From Nitrosotalea sp. (lineage in GTDB: Archaea; Thermoproteota; Nitrososphaeria; Nitrososphaerales; Nitrosopumilaceae), in the NCBI GenBank assembly GCA_050749285.1, contig JBOGQX010000040.1, forward strand, positions 1 to 27,605: DNA of 27,605 bases. Reading direction: 5' to 3'. Under the pieces are notes generated by a model. It was not told the origin of the DNA. It saw only the letters and a list, made by a program, of their open reading frames with translations, and did no database searches. The position numbers and the translations under genes are program-made. Position 1 is the stretch's first letter, and each line of letters opens with the position of its first letter. Below are positions 8,572-17,833 of this stretch, piece after piece.

Positions 8572-9528
8572 GTGGAAGAGATCCTTTCAGTAAGGAACTT
8601 GAAAAAATACTTTGTAAGCGGTGGATTTTCCCGCCATAAGGATATAGCCAGAGCGGTTGATGAAATTTCATTTTCCATAAAAAATGGAGAAACATTTGTA
8701 CTTGCAGGCGAATCAGGATCCGGTAAAACAACAATAGCGCGTTTGATTCTAAGAGCAATTGAGCCTGATTGTGGTGAAATTATTTTTGATGGAGTTCCAA
8801 TAACTAGAGACAATCTTAAGGAAATAAGGAGAGAGTGTCAGATGATACACCAAGATCCTTATGCCTCAATAAATCCTCGTATGAAAGTTTTTGACATAAT
8901 TAAGGAACCACTTGACATACATGGTATTGGCAGTTCAAATGAGAGAGAAAATCTTGTTTTTGAAGCATTACATGAGGTAAGATTAGAACCTGCTGAGGAA
9001 ATTGCAGCAAAGAACCCTCATATGCTATCTGGAGGACAGAGACAGAGAGTGGTCATTGCAAGAGCCATTGTCACAAAACCAAAGCTTGTCATTGCAGACG
9101 AGCCTGTTTCAATGCTTGATGTTTCTGTAAGATCTGGGATATTAGAACTGATGAAGGAATTACAACAAAAACTAGGAGTTTCGTTTCTCTACATAACTCA
9201 TGATCTGTCTACTGCACGGTACATTGGTCATACAATTGCAATCATGTATCTTGGAAAGATTGTTGAGGCTGGTCCCATCAATGATATCCTCATTCGACCC
9301 AAGCACCCCTATACACAAGCGCTAATTGATTCTGTTTCAGAACCTAATCCGGAAAATCTTCTTAATGACAAAAAAATTCGTGTCAATGATTCTTTAGGTT
9401 TTAATGTTTATGAAGGTTGTAGATTTAGAGATAGATGTCCATACGCGATAGAAAAATGTAAAGAGGAGCCTTTATTGGAAAAACTTGAAAATAACAGATC
9501 TGTTGCTTGTTTTGTAAAAATAAATTAA
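8572..9528 (+). CDS. ABC transporter ATP-binding protein, oligopeptide/dipeptide (OppF/DppF) type
   Basis: GTG start; Walker A GESGSGKTT, signature LSGGQRQR, Walker B VIADEPVSMLD, H-loop ITHDL. C-terminal KHPYTQALI and GCRFRDRCPYAIEKC. Confidence 0.85.
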   Translation: MEEILSVRNLKKYFVSGGFSRHKDIARAVDEISFSIKNGETFVLAGESGSGKTTIARLILRAIEPDCGEIIFDGVPITRDNLKEIRRECQMIHQDPYASINPRMKVFDIIKEPLDIHGIGSSNERENLVFEALHEVRLEPAEEIAAKNPHMLSGGQRQRVVIARAIVTKPKLVIADEPVSMLDVSVRSGILELMKELQQKLGVSFLYITHDLSTARYIGHTIAIMYLGKIVEAGPINDILIRPKHPYTQALIDSVSEPNPENLLNDKKIRVNDSLGFNVYEGCRFRDRCPYAIEKCKEEPLLEKLENNRSVACFVKIN

Positions 9529-12500
9529 TTTGCTACTTCTGCTACATTAGAAATCCTATGGGACACTACTTGTGAAACACCATTTCTTGAGAATACACCA
9601 TAAATCAACGTGGCCTTTTGTACAACAGAGTCCTTTAATGAAACCGTGATCATCTGGCTTCCTACAGCTCGCTCTTCAAGAATTTTTGCAAGTCTTTCAG
9701 TATTTAGCGCGTCTAGGTGAGCATCCACTTCATCAAGAAGATAGAATGGCGACGGCTTTAGTTTTTGCAGAGCAAGAAGGAATGTAATGGCTGCAAGAGT
9801 TTTCTCTCCACCACTAATCGATGTAGACTCTCTTTTTGGTTTGTTTGGAAATTGAACCAAGTATGAGATTCCAGATGAGAATATATCATCTTCGTTTTGA
9901 ATTTCAAGCCACGCGTTTCCTCCAGTCATTCTATTGAATATCTCACGAATGTCTTTGTCGACTTTATCATAAGATTCCAAAAATGTTTGTCTCTTATCTT
10001 TGTCTATTTCCTCAATGAATTTTACAATAGAATTCCTTTCTGCTTCAAGCTCGTTCTTTCGTGTAGACATTGAACGATATCCATTTGATACCTCCGCATA
10101 AGTTTCAGGAGCTCTTGTATTAAGAGAGCCTGATAGATTTTTCTTTTCTGCCTCCAACTCTACCAAAATTTGATCAACGTCAAATGATTCCAAGAGTGAA
10201 TTGTAACCATAAGAAAGAAGTGTTTTACGAATCTTTTCGTCACTTTCATTTAGGTCTTTGACATCTCGTAGAATCGAATCAGATTGCCTTTCCATTCCAT
10301 TAATTTCCTTAGTCAGAGTCCTTTCTGTCTCGTATAGATTTTTCAGTCTTGCATCATATTCCTTTAGGGTTGAAACTGAAGCTCCAGATGTCGATATGAG
10401 TTGTTGTTCTTTTTCCCTTAGCGATACAATCAGAGAATCTGCGATTTCTTTCTCTTTAGATAATGTACGTGTGTGTACCTCAAGTTCATGCTTTTCATGA
10501 TTGTTAGAGGATTGTTCCTCAGACAATACTCTCATGCTTGATTTAAGAGAGTTTTCTTCATTATTTAGCTCAGTAATCTGTGCGGTTAGTTCACGATATT
10601 GAGTTGAAACAGAGCTTTGTACACTCAACAGGTTAGCTTTTTTCTCGTTTAATGCAGAAATTGCGGTTGCAATCCTTGCCTGTTCTTCTTCCGCATAGTT
10701 TTCTTTGGTTATGGATATTCGTTCTTCGAGTGAAGAAATGTAAGATTCGATCTTGGACAGGGTGACCAGAATACTCTCTTCTCTTTTTTTAAGATGAGAT
10801 ATCCTTGAAGTGAATTGCTCTATGGTTATGGATGAAGTTTTCAATTTCACTTTAACATCAGAAAAGCTGAGATCAACATTAGCAAGCCCTGTTTCTGAGG
10901 CACTATACCGATTTTCTAGACTTCGAGTCATTCTTTCTATTTTCTTTAATTGTTCCTTTTTGTTTTGAATAAATCGTCTTAAGAGTTCAAGAGATTGAAC
11001 AAGACCATCTACCGAGGTACTAAGAAGAATTATTTTAGTGAGATTTGAAACCTTAGAGTTAATATCCACAATTACAGCATTAGCATCTGCTTCGAAATAT
11101 TGACCATCCAAAGTAACTGTTTTGTAACCTTTTTTTGAAAGAACATATGCTGTTTCTTTTGAATTTGCCAGAACAATATTTCCCAGAATGAAATTTTTTA
11201 ACGACCCCAAATTTTCATCACACTTTACAAAATCAGATAAAATTCCAAGAACACCTTGTTCTTGTGGAACAGATATTTTGGAATTTGACACTGCATCTAA
11301 CGGTATTATCCTTATTTTCGGGAGTTTTTTCTGTTGAGCAAATTCAGCTATGCCAAGAAGAGTCGCAAAGTCATTTACAACAAGTGCTTTTAGCCAATCA
11401 GAAGACGCGGCCAGTATGGCCCGTTCGTATTGTTTATCCCATGAAAGTAATTCGTACACAAGTCCACGGATTCCAAGTCGTTTAGAGTCTTCTTTGAGTT
11501 TTGCAATTGAATAATCCTCATGCATGACTTCCTTGACTACTTTAATTTTAGCTTCGTATTGGACTGCAGCTTTGTTTGCTTTTTCAAAAATTATGGTGGT
11601 ATCTTCAACGTCTTTCTCTATCTTTGTACGCTTGTCACGTAAATCAGAAAGTCTAGATTTTAATTCATTGATATTTGCTTCATGACCTGACCTTACTTGT
11701 TTTAGTTTTTGTTCTAGATCTAACAGTTTTTCCTTTTCTTCTGAAAGAGATTTTATTTTAAAAGAATTTTGTTCTATTTTATTTTGAATATCAGCACATT
11801 CCTGCTCCAGCTTTGAGCTTGATAATCGAGTGTCGTTTAACGTACTAGTAAGATTTCTTACTTTCTCGTCAATTTTGAGCTTGCCACTAATGATTTGTGA
11901 TTGTTGCTTTAAAATTTGATTAATTTCTGAGTCAACGGTTGCAAGTTCAGCATTAGTGTTCTTTCTTGATTCGTTAATCATTGCTATAGAATTTTTCAAT
12001 TCGGCAATCTGTGTTTCTAGTGTTGAACGTTTTTCATGAAACGTTGTTAATTCCGCGTGAATCTCTGGAAGTCTAGAGTCTATCTGAGCTAATCTTCTTG
12101 TATTAGTAGCCATCTTACTATTTGCTGCTTCTGATTGGTGCATAGCAGCCGATAGTTCTGAATCTATCGAAGCCTTGGCAATATTATATACATTGACTTC
12201 CTCCATGAACTTCTGTTTTTCATCTTCAAGTTTTTTTATCTCGTCTCTGAGCTGAGATCTCTGTTCCTCAAACTTTGTCGATTCGGATTGAATTGCGTTA
12301 AGATTTCTTTCTTTTGATATTTTTTGTGTTTCAATGTCTCTGAGTTTATTTGATGCCTGGATAGCATATAGTCTCTTAAGTTCTCGATCCAGACAATCAT
12401 ATCTGAGCTGGTTGTTTCTTTCCTCTTCCAATTCATCTATACGCTTTTTTATCTCATCCATTCTAGCCAAGGCAATCTCAAGACGCCTATCCGCTTCATC

Positions 12501-13049
12501 TAATTGCTTTAGTGCCTCTGTCTTTTTTTCATCAAAATATGCAAGGCCTACGATATCTTCGATTATTCTCCTCCTTTCTTCTGCATTAAATTCTGAGATC
12601 CTAGTGATTGTTCCTTGCTGGACGATATTCAGTTTATGAATGCCGCAGTTTGCTATCTCTAAAAGATCTAGCATTTGGCTTCTTAGGATCTTTTTTTGGT
12701 TTAAGTAGTAGATATTTTCCCCCGATTCATCCATCTCACGTGTTACCGTAACAGTATTGGAGTCTACAGGAATTTTCCTATCAGAGTTGTCGAGATGACA
12801 GCTGACTCGTGCTATCTTTGCACCATGTCTGGCATTATCTACATCATGCAATAATGAGCGGAGCTTGTCTACTCTCATCACTTTAGGAGTATTTTCTCCC
12901 AAAGCGAAGGAGATTGCATCTAAAATGTTACTCTTGCCAGAACCATTTGCGCCTGATATTGCTACAAGGCCTTGTTCAAAGTTAATTATCGTATTTTTAT
13001 ATCCAAAGGATTTGAATCCAAAGATTTCTAGCTTACGAATATGAACCAA
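9525..13049 (-). CDS. smc: Chromosome segregation protein SMC
   Basis: 1174 aa with a TTG start. N-terminal Walker A FGFKSF...ISGANGSGKSNILDAISFALG. Long coiled-coil arms flank a central hinge (GIRGLVYELLSWDKQYERAILAASSDWLKALVV...IRIIPLD). C-terminal signature and Walker B: LSGGEKTLAAITFLLALQKLKPSPFYLLDEVDAHLD. Confidence 0.92.
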   Translation of the reverse strand: MVHIRKLEIFGFKSFGYKNTIINFEQGLVAISGANGSGKSNILDAISFALGENTPKVMRVDKLRSLLHDVDNARHGAKIARVSCHLDNSDRKIPVDSNTVTVTREMDESGENIYYLNQKKILRSQMLDLLEIANCGIHKLNIVQQGTITRISEFNAEERRRIIEDIVGLAYFDEKKTEALKQLDEADRRLEIALARMDEIKKRIDELEEERNNQLRYDCLDRELKRLYAIQASNKLRDIETQKISKERNLNAIQSESTKFEEQRSQLRDEIKKLEDEKQKFMEEVNVYNIAKASIDSELSAAMHQSEAANSKMATNTRRLAQIDSRLPEIHAELTTFHEKRSTLETQIAELKNSIAMINESRKNTNAELATVDSEINQILKQQSQIISGKLKIDEKVRNLTSTLNDTRLSSSKLEQECADIQNKIEQNSFKIKSLSEEKEKLLDLEQKLKQVRSGHEANINELKSRLSDLRDKRTKIEKDVEDTTIIFEKANKAAVQYEAKIKVVKEVMHEDYSIAKLKEDSKRLGIRGLVYELLSWDKQYERAILAASSDWLKALVVNDFATLLGIAEFAQQKKLPKIRIIPLDAVSNSKISVPQEQGVLGILSDFVKCDENLGSLKNFILGNIVLANSKETAYVLSKKGYKTVTLDGQYFEADANAVIVDINSKVSNLTKIILLSTSVDGLVQSLELLRRFIQNKKEQLKKIERMTRSLENRYSASETGLANVDLSFSDVKVKLKTSSITIEQFTSRISHLKKREESILVTLSKIESYISSLEERISITKENYAEEEQARIATAISALNEKKANLLSVQSSVSTQYRELTAQITELNNEENSLKSSMRVLSEEQSSNNHEKHELEVHTRTLSKEKEIADSLIVSLREKEQQLISTSGASVSTLKEYDARLKNLYETERTLTKEINGMERQSDSILRDVKDLNESDEKIRKTLLSYGYNSLLESFDVDQILVELEAEKKNLSGSLNTRAPETYAEVSNGYRSMSTRKNELEAERNSIVKFIEEIDKDKRQTFLESYDKVDKDIREIFNRMTGGNAWLEIQNEDDIFSSGISYLVQFPNKPKRESTSISGGEKTLAAITFLLALQKLKPSPFYLLDEVDAHLDALNTERLAKILEERAVGSQMITVSLKDSVVQKATLIYGVFSRNGVSQVVSHRISNVAEVAN

Positions 13050-13131
13050 TAAGATCGATGATCCTCCAAACGAAATAACAGATTATTGACAAGTTTACTT
13101 GACTATGCTAACAATAATTACAATGCACTCT

Positions 13132-14214
13132 TTAGCGGTCCCTTTTACCTTCCACAAATTCCGAGAAAGCTTTCTTTGCTTCTGTATATGGCATCTGGAT
13201 TGGAGGGTGTTTGAAGCAATAAGAAGAAATGCTGGTCATTGGTCCTGAGAGCTTTCTATCTAATGCAATCTTAAGTCCACGTATGGCATCTATCATTATT
13301 CCTGCACTGTTGTAGGCATCAATTACCTTCAATTTCAGGTCAAGTTTAATGGGTATCTTTCCAAAGTATCTACCCTCTATGTTGATGTAACAGATCTTTT
13401 CATTATCGATAAAGTCCACATAATCGCTTGGACCTATTCTCATTGGAACATCATAATCAACCATTGCCTTGACTGCACTTGTCTTGCTTATTCTTTTATC
13501 CTCAAGTCTCTCCTCGTCTAGCATGTTATAGAAGTCCATATCGCCACCTATGTTCAGTTGATATGTTCCGTCAATTCCCACACCCCTGTCTGCAAATAGT
13601 TTCACCAGAGTCTTGTGAACAACGGTAGCACCAAGCTGACTCATTACATCATCTCCAGCCAGAGGTATCTTCTTCTCAGCGTAAACCTGTTGCCATTTTG
13701 ATTCAGAGGCGATAAAAACCGGCATTGCGTTGAGAAATCCAATCCCTGTCTCTAGTGCTTGGCTTGCATAATGTTTCACTGCATTTGTGCTTCCCACAGG
13801 CAGATAGTTTACCAACATCTCTGCTCCGGTATCTCTCAATACTTTCTTGACATCAACTTCAGGATCGTTAGATGGTGTAACTATTCGACTCAGATGTCTG
13901 CCTACACCATCAAGCGTAGGTCCACGTTGTACCGCCACCCCCATGTTTGGCACTTTAGCAACTGTTATAGTATTATTTGGTCTGGCGTAGATTGCTTCAG
14001 ATAGATCTTTTCCAACCTTAGTATCTGCCACGTCAAACGCAGCTACTACTTCTATATTACCAGGTTCGTATCCACCTATGTTGTAAGCTGTCAATCCCAA
14101 CGTATCATGCGGGTTATCTGAATAATATTTTGCTCCTTGAATGAGCGCAGAAGCACAATTGCCTATACCGGCTATCGCAATCTTGATCTTCTTACCCAAC
14201 TTGATAGCTACCAA
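13132..14214 (-). CDS. ino1: myo-Inositol-1-phosphate synthase (short archaeal/bacterial type)
   Basis: 360 aa with a TTG start. N-terminal NAD-binding IAIAGIGNCASALIQG. Conserved blocks LAGDDVMSQLGATVVHKTL and GPSDYVDF. Confidence 0.85.
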   Translation of the reverse strand: MVAIKLGKKIKIAIAGIGNCASALIQGAKYYSDNPHDTLGLTAYNIGGYEPGNIEVVAAFDVADTKVGKDLSEAIYARPNNTITVAKVPNMGVAVQRGPTLDGVGRHLSRIVTPSNDPEVDVKKVLRDTGAEMLVNYLPVGSTNAVKHYASQALETGIGFLNAMPVFIASESKWQQVYAEKKIPLAGDDVMSQLGATVVHKTLVKLFADRGVGIDGTYQLNIGGDMDFYNMLDEERLEDKRISKTSAVKAMVDYDVPMRIGPSDYVDFIDNEKICYINIEGRYFGKIPIKLDLKLKVIDAYNSAGIMIDAIRGLKIALDRKLSGPMTSISSYCFKHPPIQMPYTEAKKAFSEFVEGKRDR

Positions 14215-14238
14215 ATTATGCCTACTTATTAATTGTGA

Positions 14239-15225
14239 TTGCTTCTTGAGCAGAGGATTTTATATCCCAGATTTGATTCGACACGTGTGATTAAGCCTGG
14301 AAGACCGGTAAAAGACATTACAATAAGAAAGCATGACAATATTGAAACCATATTTGAAAAAATGTCGGAGTCAGGAGGTTTTGAATCCAGAAATCTAGTT
14401 GACGGGTTGAACATCCTTCATACCATGGTAGAAGACAGGAAATGTCTAAGGTTCTTGTCATTTGTAGGCGCCCTTGTGTCTACAGGCCTTAGAGGAATAA
14501 TAGTCGAGATGTTAAAGAATAAGATGTTTGATGTTGTCATTACTACTTGTGGAGCACTTGACCACGACATTGCGAGACACTATTCAAATTACTTGGAGGG
14601 ATCTTTCACTCTTGACGATAGCGAGCTAGCTGACAAAGAAATTCATAGATTAGGAAATATTTTGGTTCCGCTGAAAAGCTATGGTCCTATGATAGAGGAA
14701 AAAATGCAAGCCTTCTTGGAAAAATCATATCAAGATGGAAAAAGAGAAATGTCAACTAACGACATCTCAAAAATGATTGGTGAAAATCTCGGAGAAGATT
14801 CATTTTTGTATTGGGCAAACAGGAATAACATACCAGTTGTAGTTCCTGGCATAATGGATGGTGCGGTAGGTAGTCAGATTTGGATGTTTACACAAAAACA
14901 TAATGATTTTAAACTAAACGTAGCGGCAGATGGAGATGTACTATCTGAGCTTATCTTTAAAGCAAAAAAATCTGGGGCGCTCATGATAGGTGGAGGAATT
15001 TCAAAACACCATACATTATGGTGGAATCAATATAGAGATGGACTGGACTATGCTGTATATATCACAACTGCGCAAGAGTTTGATGGTAGCCTAAGTGGAG
15101 CACTTGTGAGAGAAGCAATTTCTTGGGGAAAGGTGACACAAAGTGCAAAACAGACGACCATACATGCTGAAGCCACAACTATCTTGCCTTTTCTTTACTC
15201 TGCACTGCTTTCCAAACTCAAATAG
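14239..15225 (+). CDS. dys: Deoxyhypusine synthase
   Basis: Blocks GALVSTGLRGIIVEMLKNKMFDVVITTCGALDHD and MIGGGISKHH are characteristic of DHS. The start is uncertain: TTG at 14239 or in-frame GTG at 14287. The latter leaves more room for the divergent promoters. Confidence 0.85.
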   Translation: MLLEQRILYPRFDSTRVIKPGRPVKDITIRKHDNIETIFEKMSESGGFESRNLVDGLNILHTMVEDRKCLRFLSFVGALVSTGLRGIIVEMLKNKMFDVVITTCGALDHDIARHYSNYLEGSFTLDDSELADKEIHRLGNILVPLKSYGPMIEEKMQAFLEKSYQDGKREMSTNDISKMIGENLGEDSFLYWANRNNIPVVVPGIMDGAVGSQIWMFTQKHNDFKLNVAADGDVLSELIFKAKKSGALMIGGGISKHHTLWWNQYRDGLDYAVYITTAQEFDGSLSGALVREAISWGKVTQSAKQTTIHAEATTILPFLYSALLSKLK

Positions 15226-15943
15226 TGTAGATATTTTTTTGATAAATTTCTTGAAATCCCAATCTCAAATAGAAATCAAGTAGATTATCTTTTTGATATG
15301 TCTCTAGCATCAAGAATTTTAATTTACGCCTATTTACCTCGCTTTGTGCAAAATTAATCAATGATTCTGCAATTCCCTTTTTTCTCATATTTGGTATGGT
15401 ACCAAGACAGTAGAGCCCTAAAATTGAATTTTTTTCATATAATGCCATGCACGAGCTAATTGATTTGTCTACATAATATTCAATTAAAGATAGCGAGTTT
15501 CTCACTATCTTGTCTACTGGGGTAATCCATTCATAGCAATCATACGCACTGCAGAATGTCTTAGACCACAACATGGAATCATCTTTAGTAATTCTGTATA
15601 CCTTGTGGGTCTCTTGAGAAGCATTTTTTTTCTTCAAGACATGTTGAGTGTCGTAATGCACAAAATTTCTTTTTCGTAACAACTCTTCTAATGTGGGACA
15701 ATTTAGTGAATAAACAAAAGGAGTGGTGCTATACTTGTGGAAAAGCACGAGTGCTGCATCTATCATAGGTTCACTTGTGCAAGTCACGTTTGTCAGTTTA
15801 TCAAAAAAAACATCATTTGGAAGTTCAGGATTGAGAAATATGGTGCCACATTCTAGATTTGTTGCTTGAGACCAAAGACTAGTAAATCCAAGGTCATTTT
15901 CTTCGACCTCAGGTATCACAATTCTATTCCTAGCACTTGACAT
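15218..15943 (-). CDS. GNAT-family N-acetyltransferase with an ~100-aa N-terminal extension
   Basis: C-terminal acetyl-CoA motif A LGTIPNMRKKGIAESLINFA and motif B-like FLMLETYQKDNLLDFYLRLGFQEI. The start is either the ATG at 15943 (28-nt overlap with the upstream gene) or the GTG at 15919 (GTGA overlap with the upstream stop). Both imply translational coupling. Confidence 0.75.
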   Translation of the reverse strand: MSSARNRIVIPEVEENDLGFTSLWSQATNLECGTIFLNPELPNDVFFDKLTNVTCTSEPMIDAALVLFHKYSTTPFVYSLNCPTLEELLRKRNFVHYDTQHVLKKKNASQETHKVYRITKDDSMLWSKTFCSAYDCYEWITPVDKIVRNSLSLIEYYVDKSISSCMALYEKNSILGLYCLGTIPNMRKKGIAESLINFAQSEVNRRKLKFLMLETYQKDNLLDFYLRLGFQEIYQKNIYTI

Positions 15944-17076
15944 ATATGATCAAAATCATTGCCACTTAGACTACTACCATTGATTACACTAGTACAAATA
16001 TTTTCAAATATCTCAATTGCCTTTGGAGAATTGAGATCGTCATCTAATGACTTGGAGAAATCATCAATTAGTTTTGTTAACTGACTATCTGTGTTCTCAG
16101 ATGTTTTTGAGTTTGTCACTAAGATTTTGCCTAACAAATTTTTCTTCGTAAGAAGATTATTTTCTTGGAAGTCCATATCGTCACGATAATGAGTTGAAAA
16201 CAAATAAAGTCGCAGTAGGTTTTGACCATATTTGTGTACAAAATCTCTTGACCAGACAACGTTTCCGAGTGATTTTGACATTTTTTCTCCATTTGAGAGA
16301 ACAAGACCGATATGCATCCAAATTTTTACCGGTTGTTCCATTTTTGTCAGTAATTTGTACTGTGCAAGATGCGCTTCATGATGTGGATAAGAAAGTTCTC
16401 TTGCTCCTCCATGAATGTCATAGTTATTTCCAAAATTTTCTAATGCAACAGCAGTATCTTGTATATGCCACCAAGGAATTCCCTTGCCAAATTTGCTTTG
16501 CCATGAAAAGGCAAAGTCATCTGAACAATTCCACAACATTATATCTTCTTGACTTTTCTTGTTGGGACCGATATCTAGCCTATGAAGTAACAATTGTTCA
16601 CGAGATTGTTTTGATAACATTCCATAAGTTTTTAATTTTGATGTATCAAGATAGATATTCCCATTTGCCGAATAAGCGACTCGTTGTTCCAACAGTTGTG
16701 AGATTTGTTTCTCGATACTCCCAACATAGTCTGATACGAATGCTAGTCTGTTAATGCTTTTTATGTTAAGAAGAGTAAGGTCTTCAATAAACTTGGCAGC
16801 GTATAATCTAGCAATTGTGTGAGAATCTGTAGATTCAGATTTAGCTTTGTTAAACACATTTTGATTGATATCAGTCATATTGATGAGAACATCTGTTTCA
16901 TATCCTTTGTCTTGTAGATGCCTACATAGCAGATCATATGTTAGAAAAATTCTGGAGTGACCCAAATGTGTATAATCGTATAATGTGGGTCCGCAGATGA
17001 ATATCTTTACAAGGCTTTTTTGAAATGGTTCAAAGTCTTCTATTTTTGAAGAAAAGGAATTGAAGAGTTTGAGCAT
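15916..17076 (-). CDS. cysS: Cysteinyl-tRNA synthetase family protein, short form (386 aa) lacking the usual C-terminal anticodon-binding extension
   Basis: Class I motifs ICGPTLYDYTHLGHSR (HIGH = HLGH) and GEKMSKSLGN (KMSKS). Blocks GIPWWHIQDT and DIHGGARELSYPHHEAHLAQ align by eye to CysRS WHIECS and PHHENEIAQ. The protein ends ~120 aa after KMSKS. See the finding on its non-canonical features. Confidence 0.8.
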   Translation of the reverse strand: MLKLFNSFSSKIEDFEPFQKSLVKIFICGPTLYDYTHLGHSRIFLTYDLLCRHLQDKGYETDVLINMTDINQNVFNKAKSESTDSHTIARLYAAKFIEDLTLLNIKSINRLAFVSDYVGSIEKQISQLLEQRVAYSANGNIYLDTSKLKTYGMLSKQSREQLLLHRLDIGPNKKSQEDIMLWNCSDDFAFSWQSKFGKGIPWWHIQDTAVALENFGNNYDIHGGARELSYPHHEAHLAQYKLLTKMEQPVKIWMHIGLVLSNGEKMSKSLGNVVWSRDFVHKYGQNLLRLYLFSTHYRDDMDFQENNLLTKKNLLGKILVTNSKTSENTDSQLTKLIDDFSKSLDDDLNSPKAIEIFENICTSVINGSSLSGNDFDHICQVLGIEL

Positions 17077-17084
17077 CTTTAGGT

Positions 17085-17330
17085 TTATCTTCCACCTTGT
17101 GAAAGAATTGGAGTAAGTGTAACGGTGGAACGAATCTTTGGTATGCGCCTTATCTTATTTGTAATTATACTCTCAAGTGCTGCACCTGATTCAGCTTGAA
17201 GTTTTATAAAAATATCATATACGCCATATGTACCTCTTACCTCTTTCACTTCTGGAATTTTTGTCAATTCCTTTATGATGTCTACTTCTGAGCCCAAGTC
17301 ACAGTTGATAAGTATGTATAATGAGTCCAT
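17085..17330 (-). CDS. Stand-alone Lrp/AsnC-type ligand-binding (RAM) domain protein
   Basis: 81 aa with no HTH: YILINCDLGSEVDIIKELTKIPEVKEVRGTYGVYDIFIKLQAES...IRRIPKIRSTVT, the beta-alpha-beta-beta-alpha-beta RAM pattern. It ends 8 nt upstream of the CysRS-like gene. Confidence 0.7.
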   Translation of the reverse strand: MDSLYILINCDLGSEVDIIKELTKIPEVKEVRGTYGVYDIFIKLQAESGAALESIITNKIRRIPKIRSTVTLTPILSQGGR

Positions 17331-17651
17331 ATGATTTGGTAAATTTTACCACATAAAACGATATCCATGATTTACCGAAAATCCTTTAAACTGCGCAGTA
17401 ATTTTGTCTAACTTTATTTACCTTTGATCAAAATGCGCGAGCTTGAACTGTTGGCATCACTTCTGTCTTACTTCACAAGAGTGGATTTTGATTAGAATCG
17501 AATCCGATGGTTTCAATGTCTTCTTCTAGTTCCTTTCCCAAGCCTTTCCACCATTTGATAGACTCTGCCATTTTCATGTCAATTATGGGATCCTACCTTA
17601 TAGATCTGTTGATCCAATCTCGTAATTAAAAGATCTAGGTTTTTTGGTTTT

Positions 17652-17702
17652 CTTTGGGTCTGAACCCAAAGATTTGAGTCTTACAAGGTCTGCAACTACA
17701 GG
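17652..17702. repeat. Intergenic palindromic repeat, copy D
   Basis: Hairpin CTTTGGGT-ctga-ACCCAAAG (8-bp stem) contains the core GGTCTGAACC. It is followed by GAGTCTTACAAGGTCTGCAAC, which matches the right arm of copy A at 17 of 21 aligned positions. Confidence 0.6.
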
Positions 17703-17833
17703 ACAACTACTCATATCGTTTTAGAGAAGGCTAAAGAAGATTACCCTTGTAATGTAAAATTTGGATTTGTGAGAATTATGGTATTAATGACCGAATAGCA
17801 AAGCGAATATCCTAGGATTTGATTGTAATATAG

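Noticed and set aside
8394-8813. 139-aa minus-strand ORF (and the nested 66-aa ORF)
   Set aside because: It is antisense to the Walker A region of the OppF-like gene, whose own translation is clearly conserved, and it runs through the divergent promoter region.
10258-12639. ORFs inside smc (10258..10500, 11264..11485, 12334..12639 on plus; 12236..12436 on minus in another frame)
   Set aside because: Shadow or alternate-frame ORFs in low-complexity coiled-coil coding sequence. The Ser/Leu-rich products are typical of antisense Glu/Lys-rich sequence.
9525-13049. Possibility that the SMC-like protein belongs to a defence system (Wadjet JetC, Lamassu LmuB, Rad50-like)
   Set aside because: It has the canonical length, a recognisable SMC hinge (GIRGLVYELL...IRIIPLD) and standard head motifs. 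No kleisin, nuclease or defence partner genes are adjacent. It reads as housekeeping SMC.
13759-14414. ORFs 13759..14004 (+) and 14229..14414 (-)
   Set aside because: They are antisense to the inositol-phosphate synthase and deoxyhypusine synthase genes respectively, and carry no motifs.
16194-16754. 186-aa plus-strand ORF
   Set aside because: It lies entirely antisense to the CysRS-like gene, which carries HIGH and KMSKS motifs.
17476-17580. 34-codon minus-strand ORF (MKMAESIKWWKGLGKELEEDIETIGFDSNQNPLL)
   Set aside because: It is too short and has no recognisable motif or obvious ribosome or promoter context. I mention it only in the finding on the long intergenic gap.
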